Shown piece by piece: positions 18,228 to 27,263 of a stretch of 64,000 nucleotides of DNA (positions within the stretch are counted from its first letter, which is position 1; the number at the start of each line of letters is the position of its first letter). A model generated the notes under the pieces. The model searched no databases and was not told the origin of the DNA. It saw only the letters and a program-made list of their open reading frames with translations. The position numbers and the translations under genes were made by a program. The stretch lies in NCBI GenBank assembly GCA_013203665.1, contig JABMPU010000108.1:11092-75091 (forward strand), written 5' to 3'. This DNA is from Armatimonadota bacterium (GTDB lineage: Bacteria > Cloacimonadota > Cloacimonadia > Cloacimonadales > TCS61).

Positions 18228-18239
18228 GAAGGAGAGAAA

Positions 18240-18653
18240 ATGTCGGAATTGATCAGGTTTGGTGTTTCGCTGGAGAAAGGGCTTCTACAGAAGTTCGATA
18301 AGCACATTAAAAAAGAGAATTACGCCAACCGTTCCAATGCCATTGCAGACCTCATAAGAGACAAACTCATCAAGCAGGAATGGGCGGAAGATAAAGAAGT
18401 TGCCGGTGCCGTCATCATGGTTTTCGACCATCTTCAGCGTGACCTGGTAAATAACCTCACCAACATCCAGCATGATTATCACAAATATATTATTTCTTCC
18501 CAGCATATTCACCTGGATCATGATAATTGCTTTGAGATCGTGGTGGTAAAAGGTAAACCTCACATTTTGGAAGAACTGGCAAATAAACTGAAAGCAGCCA
18601 AAGGTGTGAAACATGCATCGCTCAGCCTGGCAACCACAGGGAAAGAGGTGTAA
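18240..18653 (+). CDS. nikR: nickel-responsive transcriptional regulator NikR
   Basis: 137 aa. RHH N-terminus (IRFGVSLEKGLLQKFDKHI...YANRSNAIADLIR) and a His-rich ACT-like C-domain (HDYH...HIHLDHDNC). Confidence 0.85.
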   Translation: MSELIRFGVSLEKGLLQKFDKHIKKENYANRSNAIADLIRDKLIKQEWAEDKEVAGAVIMVFDHLQRDLVNNLTNIQHDYHKYIISSQHIHLDHDNCFEIVVVKGKPHILEELANKLKAAKGVKHASLSLATTGKEV

Positions 18654-18686
18654 CCTTGCGTAAAGATTGTTTCGACTCGAAAAGCT

Positions 18687-18723
18687 CCCCTCTCTTGAAT
18701 CGAAGAGAGGGATCGGGGGTGAG
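18687..18723 (+). repeat. hairpin element CCCCTCTCTT-N6-AAGAGAGGG followed by TCGGGGGTGAG
   Basis: Perfect 9-bp stem in the nikR-fmdE spacer. Same architecture at 54418-54456 and 50035-50065 (both on the minus strand). Confidence 0.7.
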
Positions 18724-18728
18724 TTAAC

Positions 18729-19271
18729 ATGAAATCCTATCAAGAAGCCGTTCAATTCCACGGACATAGCTGTCCCGGGCTGGCAATGGGTTATCGCATG
18801 ACAAAAGCAGCTCTGGAATTTTTTTCTACCGAACGGGCAGTTGATGAAGAAATGGTTGCCATCGTAGAAAATGACGCCTGCGGAACAGATGCAGTTCAAT
18901 TTCTTTCCGGCTGTACTTTCGGTAAAGGAAACCTGATCTTTAAAGATTTTGGAAAGATGGTTTATATATTCTATCATCGAGCTTCCGGGAAAGCAATTCG
19001 CATCGGCAGGAAATCCAGCTTTAGAACAAAGCTATCCGATACACAGATTTCTAGTGAAGAAAGAATAAATTTGATTCTCACATCTCCCGAAAAGGATATT
19101 GTCCAAATTGAAGAGATAAATATACCTGAGCCGGAATATTCTCGAATTTTTGATACAGTTTTGTGCGAGATATGCGAAGAATCGGTAGTTGAAAGTAAAA
19201 CCCGAAAGCTTAACGGTAAAATTGTTTGCATCCCATGTTATGAGAAACAGAAAAAAAAGGAAGGAAATTAA
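18729..19271 (+). CDS. FmdE-family protein with C-terminal zinc ribbon
   Basis: FHGHSCPGLAMGYRM signature and a C-terminal CEICEE...CIPCYE. Confidence 0.75.
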   Translation: MKSYQEAVQFHGHSCPGLAMGYRMTKAALEFFSTERAVDEEMVAIVENDACGTDAVQFLSGCTFGKGNLIFKDFGKMVYIFYHRASGKAIRIGRKSSFRTKLSDTQISSEERINLILTSPEKDIVQIEEINIPEPEYSRIFDTVLCEICEESVVESKTRKLNGKIVCIPCYEKQKKKEGN

Positions 19272-19274
19272 CAG

Positions 19275-19985
19275 ATGAGTAATGATATCACTCTTTTAGC
19301 GATCACAGCCGCATCGATCGGCTTTTTTCACACGTTATTCGGACCGGATCATTACTTGCCGTTCATCATGATGTCCAAGGCAAGGAACTGGTCAACTCCC
19401 AAAACTATGCTGATAACTTTTTTGTGTGGATTGGGACATGTAGGTAGCTCGGTAGTTCTGGGAATAATTGGAGTTTCGATAGGAATTGCCATAACCAGGA
19501 TCGAATTTTTTGAATCTTTCCGCGGCAACCTGGCAGCTTGGGCTTTTATTGCATTCGGGCTGGTTTATTTTATCTGGGGAATCCGGCAGGCGATCCGCAA
19601 TAAACCGCATACACATTTGCATATTCACGAGGACAGTACATCTCATGAACACGAACATGCTCACATCAAAGGCCACTCTCATGTGCACGAAAATAAAGGT
19701 AAAACAATCACACCCTGGATTCTCTTCACGATCTTCGTGCTTGGTCCCTGTGAACCTTTAATTCCTATTTTGATGTATCCGGCAGCAAAGAATAATGTCG
19801 GTGGTTTGATCCTGGTCACATCGATCTTTGCCACGGTTACTATTGCTACAATGATGGCTGTGGTTTATGTTACATCAACCGGAATAAAACTAATTCCTAT
19901 GAAGAAAATGGAAAAATATTCCCATGCAATTGCCGGAGCGATAATTTTGTTCAGTGGATTGGGAATACAGTTTCTGGGTCTGTAA
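19275..19985 (+). CDS. nickel/cobalt transporter, NicO/RcnA-like, with His-rich loop
   Basis: Six-TM-like profile. FHTLFGPDH motif. Central loop HTHLHIHEDSTSHEHEHAHIKGHSHVHE. LGPCEPLIP. Confidence 0.6.
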   Translation: MSNDITLLAITAASIGFFHTLFGPDHYLPFIMMSKARNWSTPKTMLITFLCGLGHVGSSVVLGIIGVSIGIAITRIEFFESFRGNLAAWAFIAFGLVYFIWGIRQAIRNKPHTHLHIHEDSTSHEHEHAHIKGHSHVHENKGKTITPWILFTIFVLGPCEPLIPILMYPAAKNNVGGLILVTSIFATVTIATMMAVVYVTSTGIKLIPMKKMEKYSHAIAGAIILFSGLGIQFLGL

Positions 19986-20046
19986 CTCAAAGCTCCCGCT
20001 TTGAGAGTGTGAAATTCGAAATTAAAAAATGAGAAATGGAGAATAA

Positions 20047-20703
20047 ATGGAAACGAAAGAAATTAAAGTGATGCAGAAGATATTGAACATCAATGACAGG
20101 ATCGCAGATGAACTCAGGATTTCGCTAAAAGAAAAAGGGATTCTTTACATAAACCTGATGAGTTCTCCCGGTTCGGGAAAAACCACTCTCCTGGAAAAAA
20201 CCGCAGAGAAATTCGGGAAGAACATCTTTGTTATCGAAGGTGATATCCAAACCACACTCGATGCAGAAAGAGTGGCAAAAGCAGGAATTCGCAGTTTTCA
20301 GATAAACACAGGTCCTTTTGGTGGAGATTGCCATCTGGAATCCGGTTGGATAAAATCTGCCATAGAAGAAATCGACCTGGAAGGAATTGATATTCTATTT
20401 GTAGAAAATATTGGCAATTTGGTGTGTCCGGCCGAATTTGATGTAGGAGCACACATTAATGCAGTGGTTCTCAGTGTAACGGAAGGTGAAGATAAACCGC
20501 TCAAATACCCCCTCGCTTTCAGAAACTCACAGCTTTGTATAATTTCTAAAACCGACCTTCTTCCCTATCTTGATATCAATATAAAAAAGATCAAAGAAAA
20601 CATAAAAAATGTTAATCCTCAAATGGAAGTAATCGAGCTTTCGGCAAAAACAGGTGAAGGATTTGCAGAGTGGGTTGAGTATTTGAAGAAAAATAAAAAA
20701 TAA
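20047..20703 (+). CDS. hypB: hydrogenase nickel incorporation GTPase HypB
   Basis: 218 aa. P-loop MSSPGSGKTTLL, ENIGNLVCP and ISKTDL motifs. Confidence 0.9.
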   Translation: METKEIKVMQKILNINDRIADELRISLKEKGILYINLMSSPGSGKTTLLEKTAEKFGKNIFVIEGDIQTTLDAERVAKAGIRSFQINTGPFGGDCHLESGWIKSAIEEIDLEGIDILFVENIGNLVCPAEFDVGAHINAVVLSVTEGEDKPLKYPLAFRNSQLCIISKTDLLPYLDINIKKIKENIKNVNPQMEVIELSAKTGEGFAEWVEYLKKNKK

Positions 20704-20730
20704 AGCTGCTCCATTTAGAATAAAAAAAAT

Positions 20731-20762
20731 GAACCACTTTATAAATTGAAGGTGGTTTTTTA
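20731..20762 (+). terminator. rho-independent terminator after hypB
   Basis: Stem 20732-20740 / 20749-20757 (9 bp with one G-U), 8-nt loop, then a T-run. Confidence 0.6.
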
Positions 20763-20832
20763 AATTTATCTTGTTATAAATTTTATAAATATTTCTTTTG
20801 ATTTGAAATAAATATTTCGTCTGGAGTTAAGC

Positions 20833-21306
20833 ATGTTGCGGAATAAATATGACAATTTCGGAAGATTTCTGGAAGACTTCAAAGTTGGTGATGTTTATCA
20901 ACACAGGAATAAAAAAACTATCACCGAAAGAGATAATAACCTGTTTTGCCAGATAACAATGAATCATCATCCCTTGCACCTTGATAACGAATATGCCGTA
21001 TCAACGATCTACAAGAAAATAGTTGTAGCTGGCACTTTTGTTGCAAGTATCGCAGTAGGTTTGAGTGTGCCTGATATCAGCGGCAAGGCAATTGCTAATC
21101 TGGATTATGAAAAAATTATACATGATGCTCCTGCTTTTCTTGGAGATACGCTTCATGCAGAAACAGAAATTCTGGAAGTAAGGGAATCAAAAACGAAACC
21201 GGCCAGAGGAATAGTATTCGTGGAAACAAGAGCTTATAATCAAAATAACGAAAAAGTACTGACTTTAAAACGACATATATTAATTCCCAAAAGAGAGAAG
21301 AAATGA
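20833..21306 (+). CDS. MaoC-family (hot-dog) enoyl-CoA hydratase/dehydratase
   Basis: FEDFKVGDVYQH...TITERDNNLFCQITMNHHPLHLD pattern. Confidence 0.7.
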   Translation: MLRNKYDNFGRFLEDFKVGDVYQHRNKKTITERDNNLFCQITMNHHPLHLDNEYAVSTIYKKIVVAGTFVASIAVGLSVPDISGKAIANLDYEKIIHDAPAFLGDTLHAETEILEVRESKTKPARGIVFVETRAYNQNNEKVLTLKRHILIPKREKK

Positions 21307-22226
21307 AACATTATATTCTTCGCAGTATGATGTTCGTTCCCGGCAACAACGAAAAACTTTTGAGAAGTGCTTCCCGAACCAATGCAGATGCCCTTATTTT
21401 AGACTTGGAAGATTCTGTGATCGACAACTCGAAACAGGAAGCAAGAGACACGATAAAAAAAATACTCCCAGAGGATATCTTTAAAAAATTCCACGTCTTT
21501 ATACGTTTAAATGATAGAGACAGTGGATTTCTGGAAAAGGACATTTCCAATCTAATGTTAGAAGAAGTTACCGGTTTTGTTTTCCCGAAATCCTATGGGA
21601 AAGATGATATAATTTTCTTTGAGAACCTGCTGGAAAAAAATGAAACAGAAAAAGGATTCCCGAAAGGTAAATTCAAGATCATTCCTCTCATAGAAACTGC
21701 TTCCGCTGTTCTCCATGCAGAAGATATCTGCAGAGCTTCTGAAAGGATAATTGCAGTTGCTTTCGGCAGTGAAGATTTTTGTGCAGATATACAGGGAATC
21801 CACGATAAAGAAGGAAAAAGTCTGCTTGTACCCCGAGCTCTTACTGTAATGGCTGCCAGAGCAACAGGTGTCATTCCGATCGATACACTGCACGTAAATG
21901 TTCACGACCTTGAAGACCTTGAAGATAATCTGAAACTTGCTCGGATTCTGGGTTTCGAAGGAATGCTGCTGCTGCATCCAAAAGAGATAGAACTTGCTCA
22001 TAAATATTTTACTCCCTATCAAAAAGAAGTAGAGGAAGCCAGAGAAATGCTCCGTTTAACGGAAGAAGCAAGAGAAAAAAATACACGTGTAGCAATAATG
22101 AATGGGACTTTCATCGGTCCTCCTATGGTGCGAATTGCAAAGAAAATAATCGAGCGAGATAAACAAATAAAAGAGTGGAAAAATATGAAAACAAATAAAA
22201 TAGATTACCGATTGGATCGGGAATGA
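21303..22226 (+). CDS. HpcH/HpaI aldolase / citrate-lyase beta (CitE)-like acyl-CoA lyase
   Basis: LRSMMFVPGNNEKLL...ADALILDLEDSV N-terminus. 4-nt overlap with the MaoC gene. Confidence 0.7.
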   Translation: MKHYILRSMMFVPGNNEKLLRSASRTNADALILDLEDSVIDNSKQEARDTIKKILPEDIFKKFHVFIRLNDRDSGFLEKDISNLMLEEVTGFVFPKSYGKDDIIFFENLLEKNETEKGFPKGKFKIIPLIETASAVLHAEDICRASERIIAVAFGSEDFCADIQGIHDKEGKSLLVPRALTVMAARATGVIPIDTLHVNVHDLEDLEDNLKLARILGFEGMLLLHPKEIELAHKYFTPYQKEVEEAREMLRLTEEAREKNTRVAIMNGTFIGPPMVRIAKKIIERDKQIKEWKNMKTNKIDYRLDRE

Positions 22227-22249
22227 CAAGGAAACTAACAGGAGTTTAA

Positions 22250-23539
22250 TTGGAAAAATCGATTTTTCAGATTCCTTTTAAAGTTCTAAGAAGATACAGA
22301 TTCTACAAAAGAAGCCAATTCTGGACAAAAACTCAAATTGAACAGTATCAGGACAAACAATTAATAAAACTAGTTCAGCATGCAGGTCAACATGTTCCCT
22401 TTTATCGCGATCTGTTCAAAAATATTGGATTTGATATAAGTACTTTTCGTGGACGAATAGATATGCATAAAATTCCTACTTTAGATAAAGAAATTGTGCG
22501 AACATGTCAGAAAGAACTTATGGCTGATAATGCCGGAAAGTTCGGGATAACCTGGGATTCTACCAGTGGTTCGACAGGAACACCTCTGCATTTTGTTCTG
22601 GATGATGCAGTTCAGGCAAATAAAATAGCAGCACTCCTGCGAAGTTACAGATGGGCAGGTTACAAACTAGGGAAGAAGACGTTCAGTCTGCAAAGTTATT
22701 ACTTCCCGGAACACGATTACAAATTCAATAGATTCTACAACATCCTTCGTTTTGATTCCAACAAATTGAAAAAAGAATCTGCTTTGAATGTAATCAAAGA
22801 GATTAACCGGCTAAAGCCAAAATTTTTTATGGGATTCCCTTTTGATATTCTTATGTTGAGCAATTTTGCGGAGGATGAAGGAATTTCAATTAACTCACCT
22901 CAATCCATTGTAACTTATGGTGAAACACTTTCCCAAAAGAAACGGAAATTTTTGGAAAAAGCCTACAACTGTAAGGTTTTTGATTTCTATTCCCTTCATG
23001 AATGTGCTGCTATGATCTCTGAATGTGAGCATGGTAATCTGCACCTAATCGAGGATTTTGCTTATCATGAGACTTTAGAGGAAAATGGTGTCAGAAGACT
23101 GGTTGGAACAAGTTTCTATAATTATGCATTGCCTTTAATCCGCTATGAAACAAAAGATAATATTGCACTTTCTGAAAAACAGGAAACTTGCTCCTGTGGA
23201 AGACATTTTCGAACTGTAAAAGAGATTGTCGGAAAGCAGTGCGATTACATCGAAACCCCGGATGGTAGATTCCTGGGATCGGTTATGTCACATTCGATAG
23301 ATAATGCCAAAGGTGTTGTCTGTTCACAATGTATCCAAAACGCAATTGACCGGATCGATATCAATATAGTTGTTGATGAAACATATAATGAAGATTCACA
23401 GATTGCATTAGAAAATGGACTTCGGAAAAGATTGGGACATGAGATAAAACTCGTTTTCATGATTGTTCCACAACTCGAAAGAAGCAGAAGTGGAAAAACA
23501 CCTTTCATTATTTCTAAAATCGGAAATAAATATATCTAG
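22250..23539 (+). CDS. phenylacetate-CoA ligase family adenylating enzyme (CapK/F390 synthetase-like)
   Basis: WDSTSGSTGTPLHF AMP-binding motif. TTG start per the track. Confidence 0.65.
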   Translation: MEKSIFQIPFKVLRRYRFYKRSQFWTKTQIEQYQDKQLIKLVQHAGQHVPFYRDLFKNIGFDISTFRGRIDMHKIPTLDKEIVRTCQKELMADNAGKFGITWDSTSGSTGTPLHFVLDDAVQANKIAALLRSYRWAGYKLGKKTFSLQSYYFPEHDYKFNRFYNILRFDSNKLKKESALNVIKEINRLKPKFFMGFPFDILMLSNFAEDEGISINSPQSIVTYGETLSQKKRKFLEKAYNCKVFDFYSLHECAAMISECEHGNLHLIEDFAYHETLEENGVRRLVGTSFYNYALPLIRYETKDNIALSEKQETCSCGRHFRTVKEIVGKQCDYIETPDGRFLGSVMSHSIDNAKGVVCSQCIQNAIDRIDINIVVDETYNEDSQIALENGLRKRLGHEIKLVFMIVPQLERSRSGKTPFIISKIGNKYI

Positions 23540-23765
23540 TTTTTTAAGACTCAAAATAATTCAAGACGAGATAAATAATAAGATAAATTTTGAAAATAAT
23601 CATTCTCATAAGTTTTATTACAAATGACGTAATCCTAAAATAGCCGAGACTATTTTTTGGTCGATATGGGAAAATATTTATTTTGACAGATAAGAAATAT
23701 TTCCAAACATGGAATACAATATGCAACATTTAGCACTATATTTCATAAGTTCAGGAGATTGAAAA

Positions 23766-24695
23766 ATGGAAAGTATCGATTGGAACTCATTATCAAATGA
23801 TGATCTATACTCAATTGCAGAAAATTTGAAAAAAGAGAAGAACTGTTTCATTTTAGCTCATAATTACCAATTTGTGGAAGTTCAAAAAATAGCTGATTAT
23901 GTGGGCGATTCCCTGCAAATGGCAAAAGTAGCTACCAAAACAGATGCCAAAATGATCCTGCTTTGTGGAATAAAAATTATGGCAGAGACTGTAAAAATAT
24001 TGAATCCGGATAAAAAAGTAGTAATGTCTCATTTTGATGCAGATTGCCCCCTGGCAAATATGAAATCTCCTGATGATTTGCGTGCTCTAAGAAAAAAATA
24101 TCCGGATGCAGAAGTTGTATGTTATGTGAATTCTCCAGCAGCCCTGAAAGCAGAAAGCACGATAACCTGTACATCTGCAAATGCTGTAAAAGTTGTTTCT
24201 TCCATCTCCAAAGATAAGCAAATAATTTTTGTACCGGATCAAAATATCGGAGCTTGGGTAGCTTATAAAAATAACCGCGAACTTATTATGTTCGATAGTT
24301 ACTGTTATGTTCATGAGCAGATTACATTGAAAGAAGCCAGGATGATGAAAGAAGAATACCCTGATTATTCGCTTATTGTTCACCCGGAATGTGCTCTCGA
24401 TGTTTGTAAAGAGGCTGACCTTGTCTGCTCCACCAGCCAGATGATAGACTTCGTGAAAGACAATGACAGGGTAATCATCGGAACTGAGATCGGACTTTAT
24501 TACCAGTTAAAATATCGCTATCCGGAAAAGCATCTGGTTCCGCTCAGTCCCAAAATGGTTTGTGACGATATGAAAAAAACTGACCTGCGAGGTGCAGTTA
24601 GAGCGCTAGCTGAAGAAAAATATGAAATAATAGTAACTGAAAGCATAAAACAAAAAGCCAGAAAATCATTGGATCGGATGCTGTTTTTTATTTAA
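23766..24695 (+). CDS. nadA: quinolinate synthase NadA
   Basis: 309 aa. ILAHNYQ...VGDSLQMA and downstream Cys ligands. Confidence 0.85.
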   Translation: MESIDWNSLSNDDLYSIAENLKKEKNCFILAHNYQFVEVQKIADYVGDSLQMAKVATKTDAKMILLCGIKIMAETVKILNPDKKVVMSHFDADCPLANMKSPDDLRALRKKYPDAEVVCYVNSPAALKAESTITCTSANAVKVVSSISKDKQIIFVPDQNIGAWVAYKNNRELIMFDSYCYVHEQITLKEARMMKEEYPDYSLIVHPECALDVCKEADLVCSTSQMIDFVKDNDRVIIGTEIGLYYQLKYRYPEKHLVPLSPKMVCDDMKKTDLRGAVRALAEEKYEIIVTESIKQKARKSLDRMLFFI

Positions 24696-24701
24696 GAAAT
24701 C

Positions 24702-25685
24702 ATGAAAACACATTCAAATACGATCAGGAAATTATTCACTTTCTTTCAAATTATAATTTCTATCGGATTATTGGCATTTATATTTTTTAGATACAATATT
24801 TCCCTGGCAAATAAAGCAATTACACTTCCACAGCCTGAATGGCTAATTTTCTCCTTATTTTTGACTCTTATTTTAATTCCAATACTCGCAGCAGTAAGGT
24901 GGAGAATATTCCTTTTTTTTACTGATATAAAAGAAAAATTATTGAGTTTAATCAAAATAAATTTCATCTCTATTTTCTGGGGAATTATGCTTCCTTCTTC
25001 AGACGGTTTTGCTGCTATCAGGATGTATCTTATAGAAAAGAAACACAGGGACAAGCCGGGAACTTCAGGAAGTACTATCATAGCAGAAAAATTGCTGGGT
25101 TTTATTCTTCTTTGCTTTTGTGGAATTTTTTTCGGTCTGTTCATTCATGATATTCCACAAATAGCGCTTGCCAGAATCATCCTGATCCTGATAGCTATCA
25201 TAATTCTTTCAATAACACTAATCATAACTAACAGTAATATTTACAATTATGTTTCAATTCGTTTAAAAAAGATCAAATTTGCCAGAAAGGTCTTTGAATT
25301 CCTCTCTGGCATGCACAGATCACTTACCAGGTTGCCATTCAAGGAAATCCTTCTGGAAGCTTTACCGATAATGATATTAATCCAACTGACTACATTCATG
25401 AATGTGTATCTTATTTTCAAAGCTATGGATATAAATATTCCCATAATTTATCATCTTTCCTTTGTTCCTGTAATTCAAATTATCTCTTTGATACCTGTAA
25501 CTATCAGCGGGTTCGGGATTCGTGAAGGTGCTTTTGTTCATTTTTATAGTCTCGTTGGAATTGAACCGACGGTTGCCTTCAGTGTGTCAATACTGAATTT
25601 CCTGATATTAACAGGCGTACCTGCTTTTATAGGTGGGATAATCAGTATTGCAAGCCAGATACACAAAAGGGATGTCATTAAATGA
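24702..25685 (+). CDS. UPF0104 (lysyl-PG synthase TM-region / flippase-like) membrane protein
   Basis: Polytopic 327-aa protein with the family-typical topology. Overlaps the downstream GT2 gene. Confidence 0.55.
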   Translation: MKTHSNTIRKLFTFFQIIISIGLLAFIFFRYNISLANKAITLPQPEWLIFSLFLTLILIPILAAVRWRIFLFFTDIKEKLLSLIKINFISIFWGIMLPSSDGFAAIRMYLIEKKHRDKPGTSGSTIIAEKLLGFILLCFCGIFFGLFIHDIPQIALARIILILIAIIILSITLIITNSNIYNYVSIRLKKIKFARKVFEFLSGMHRSLTRLPFKEILLEALPIMILIQLTTFMNVYLIFKAMDINIPIIYHLSFVPVIQIISLIPVTISGFGIREGAFVHFYSLVGIEPTVAFSVSILNFLILTGVPAFIGGIISIASQIHKRDVIK

Positions 25686-26428
25686 CCGAACTTTCAATTG
25701 TAATCCCTGTTTTTAACGATTGCAAAGTTCTGCAGGAATTATACAGAAGATTAGAACCTGTTGTCTCCAAGGTGGGAAAAAGTTATGAAATTATCTTTGT
25801 TGATGATGGAAGTTCAGATGATTCATTTCAGATATTAAAAGAACTTCAGGATAAAGATGAGAACATAAGAATTGTTAAACTCGTAAAGAATTTTGGTCAA
25901 TCGAATGCAATAACTGCAGGATTGGAGTATTCAAAAGGAGATATAATAGTAATCATGGATTCCGACCTTCAGGACAAACCGGAAGACATCCCAATATTAC
26001 TAAACGCATTAGAAGAAAATGATGTTCAAATGGTAGTTGCAAAATGGGTTTCCAGAAAAGGTCCCGTTGTAAAAAAAATCATTTCAAATACATTCTTTAG
26101 AGTTTCCAATATTATCACGAAAATTCATCATCCTCCAAATATAGGAGTTTTTCGGGCTTTTAAAAAAGGAGCTTATGAAACTGTTAAAAATATCCCCGAA
26201 TTGTCTGGAACAACTTTAAGCCGATTTTACAGGGCAGAAATAAATTACAAAACTGTTGACCTTCATCGCGATAAAAGATATGCAGGTAAAGGCGGATATA
26301 ATTTAAATAGAATGTTCAAACTTGCATTTGACAGAATTCTTCCACATGCGAGATTTAAAATTGCAAAGCGAGATCCTGAATTTACAGTTGAAAGATTTAT
26401 GGCAAAAAAAGAGAGCACTAATGAGTAA
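25682..26428 (+). CDS. family 2 glycosyltransferase, polyprenyl-phosphate sugar synthase type (ArnC/DPM1-like)
   Basis: LSIVIPVFND...EIIFVDDGSSDDS...MDSDLQD. Confidence 0.75.
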   Translation: MTELSIVIPVFNDCKVLQELYRRLEPVVSKVGKSYEIIFVDDGSSDDSFQILKELQDKDENIRIVKLVKNFGQSNAITAGLEYSKGDIIVIMDSDLQDKPEDIPILLNALEENDVQMVVAKWVSRKGPVVKKIISNTFFRVSNIITKIHHPPNIGVFRAFKKGAYETVKNIPELSGTTLSRFYRAEINYKTVDLHRDKRYAGKGGYNLNRMFKLAFDRILPHARFKIAKRDPEFTVERFMAKKESTNE

Positions 26429-27080
26429 GAAAATAATTATTTTAGGTGGTCTGGGAAATGGTTCTGTAATAGCGAATGCAATTGTTGATGCAAATAAACG
26501 TGGTTTCAATGAATGGAAATTTGTGGGATATCTGAATGATAGGCAGGAAAAAGACTCTCTTATCGAAGGTTTCACGGTCCTGGGAAAAACAGGAGATGCT
26601 TCTGAATTTATAAAAAAAGGATTTTATTTTATCAATACAATCTACAGGATCGATGGGCAAAAGGAGAGGATCAAACTTTTCAAGGGTTTGAAAATTCTGG
26701 ATTCTTCCCTGGCTACTTTTATTCATCCAATGGCGTATGTTGCACCCAATGTGAAACTGGGTGCAGGAACAATCATCATGCCGAATGTATCGGTTTCTTC
26801 GGGGACTATTTTTGGAAAATGCTGTCTGGTGATGGTGGGTGCAACTATCGGACATAATAACAAAATCGGGAATTATTGCCACTTTGCTGCTCAATGCTGT
26901 ACCGGAGCCTATCTAAAAATCTCGGATGGAGTTCATATCGGACTAAATGCTACGATCAGGGAAAATCTGGAAATAGGAAAACACTCAGCTTTGGGAATGG
27001 GTTCTGTCCTGCTGGAAAATATTGGTGAAAATGAGATCTGGGCAGGAAATCCTGCAAAATTTATCAGGAGGGTAAAATAA
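26421..27080 (+). CDS. NeuD/PglB-type hexapeptide sugar acetyltransferase
   Basis: Start MSKKIIILGGLGNGSVIANAI (ATG at 26421, 8-nt overlap). Left-handed beta-helix repeats in the C-terminal half. Confidence 0.7.
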   Translation: MSKKIIILGGLGNGSVIANAIVDANKRGFNEWKFVGYLNDRQEKDSLIEGFTVLGKTGDASEFIKKGFYFINTIYRIDGQKERIKLFKGLKILDSSLATFIHPMAYVAPNVKLGAGTIIMPNVSVSSGTIFGKCCLVMVGATIGHNNKIGNYCHFAAQCCTGAYLKISDGVHIGLNATIRENLEIGKHSALGMGSVLLENIGENEIWAGNPAKFIRRVK

Positions 27081-27100
27081 CAACAAACAAGAAAATATTT

Positions 27101-27250
27101 AACACGAAAACACTGAAAATTTAATATTGAATATGGAAGAATGAATATTATCTATACACTCTTAGTGATCTTTGTGTTTAAGTAAAATGAAAAAAAGTTC
27201 GCTATTGTTAGTTTTGTTCGTTGCTAAAAATTTTTCATGTTTTTCGTGTA
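27101..27250. repeat. intergenic element bounded by an imperfect 19-nt inverted repeat
   Basis: AACACGAAAACACTGAAAA (27101-27119) versus TTTTCATGTTTTTCGTGTA (27232-27250). The interior carries the CTTAGTGATCTTTGTG GTG-periodic motif. Confidence 0.55.
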
Positions 27251-27263
27251 TTTAGCGGGAAAA

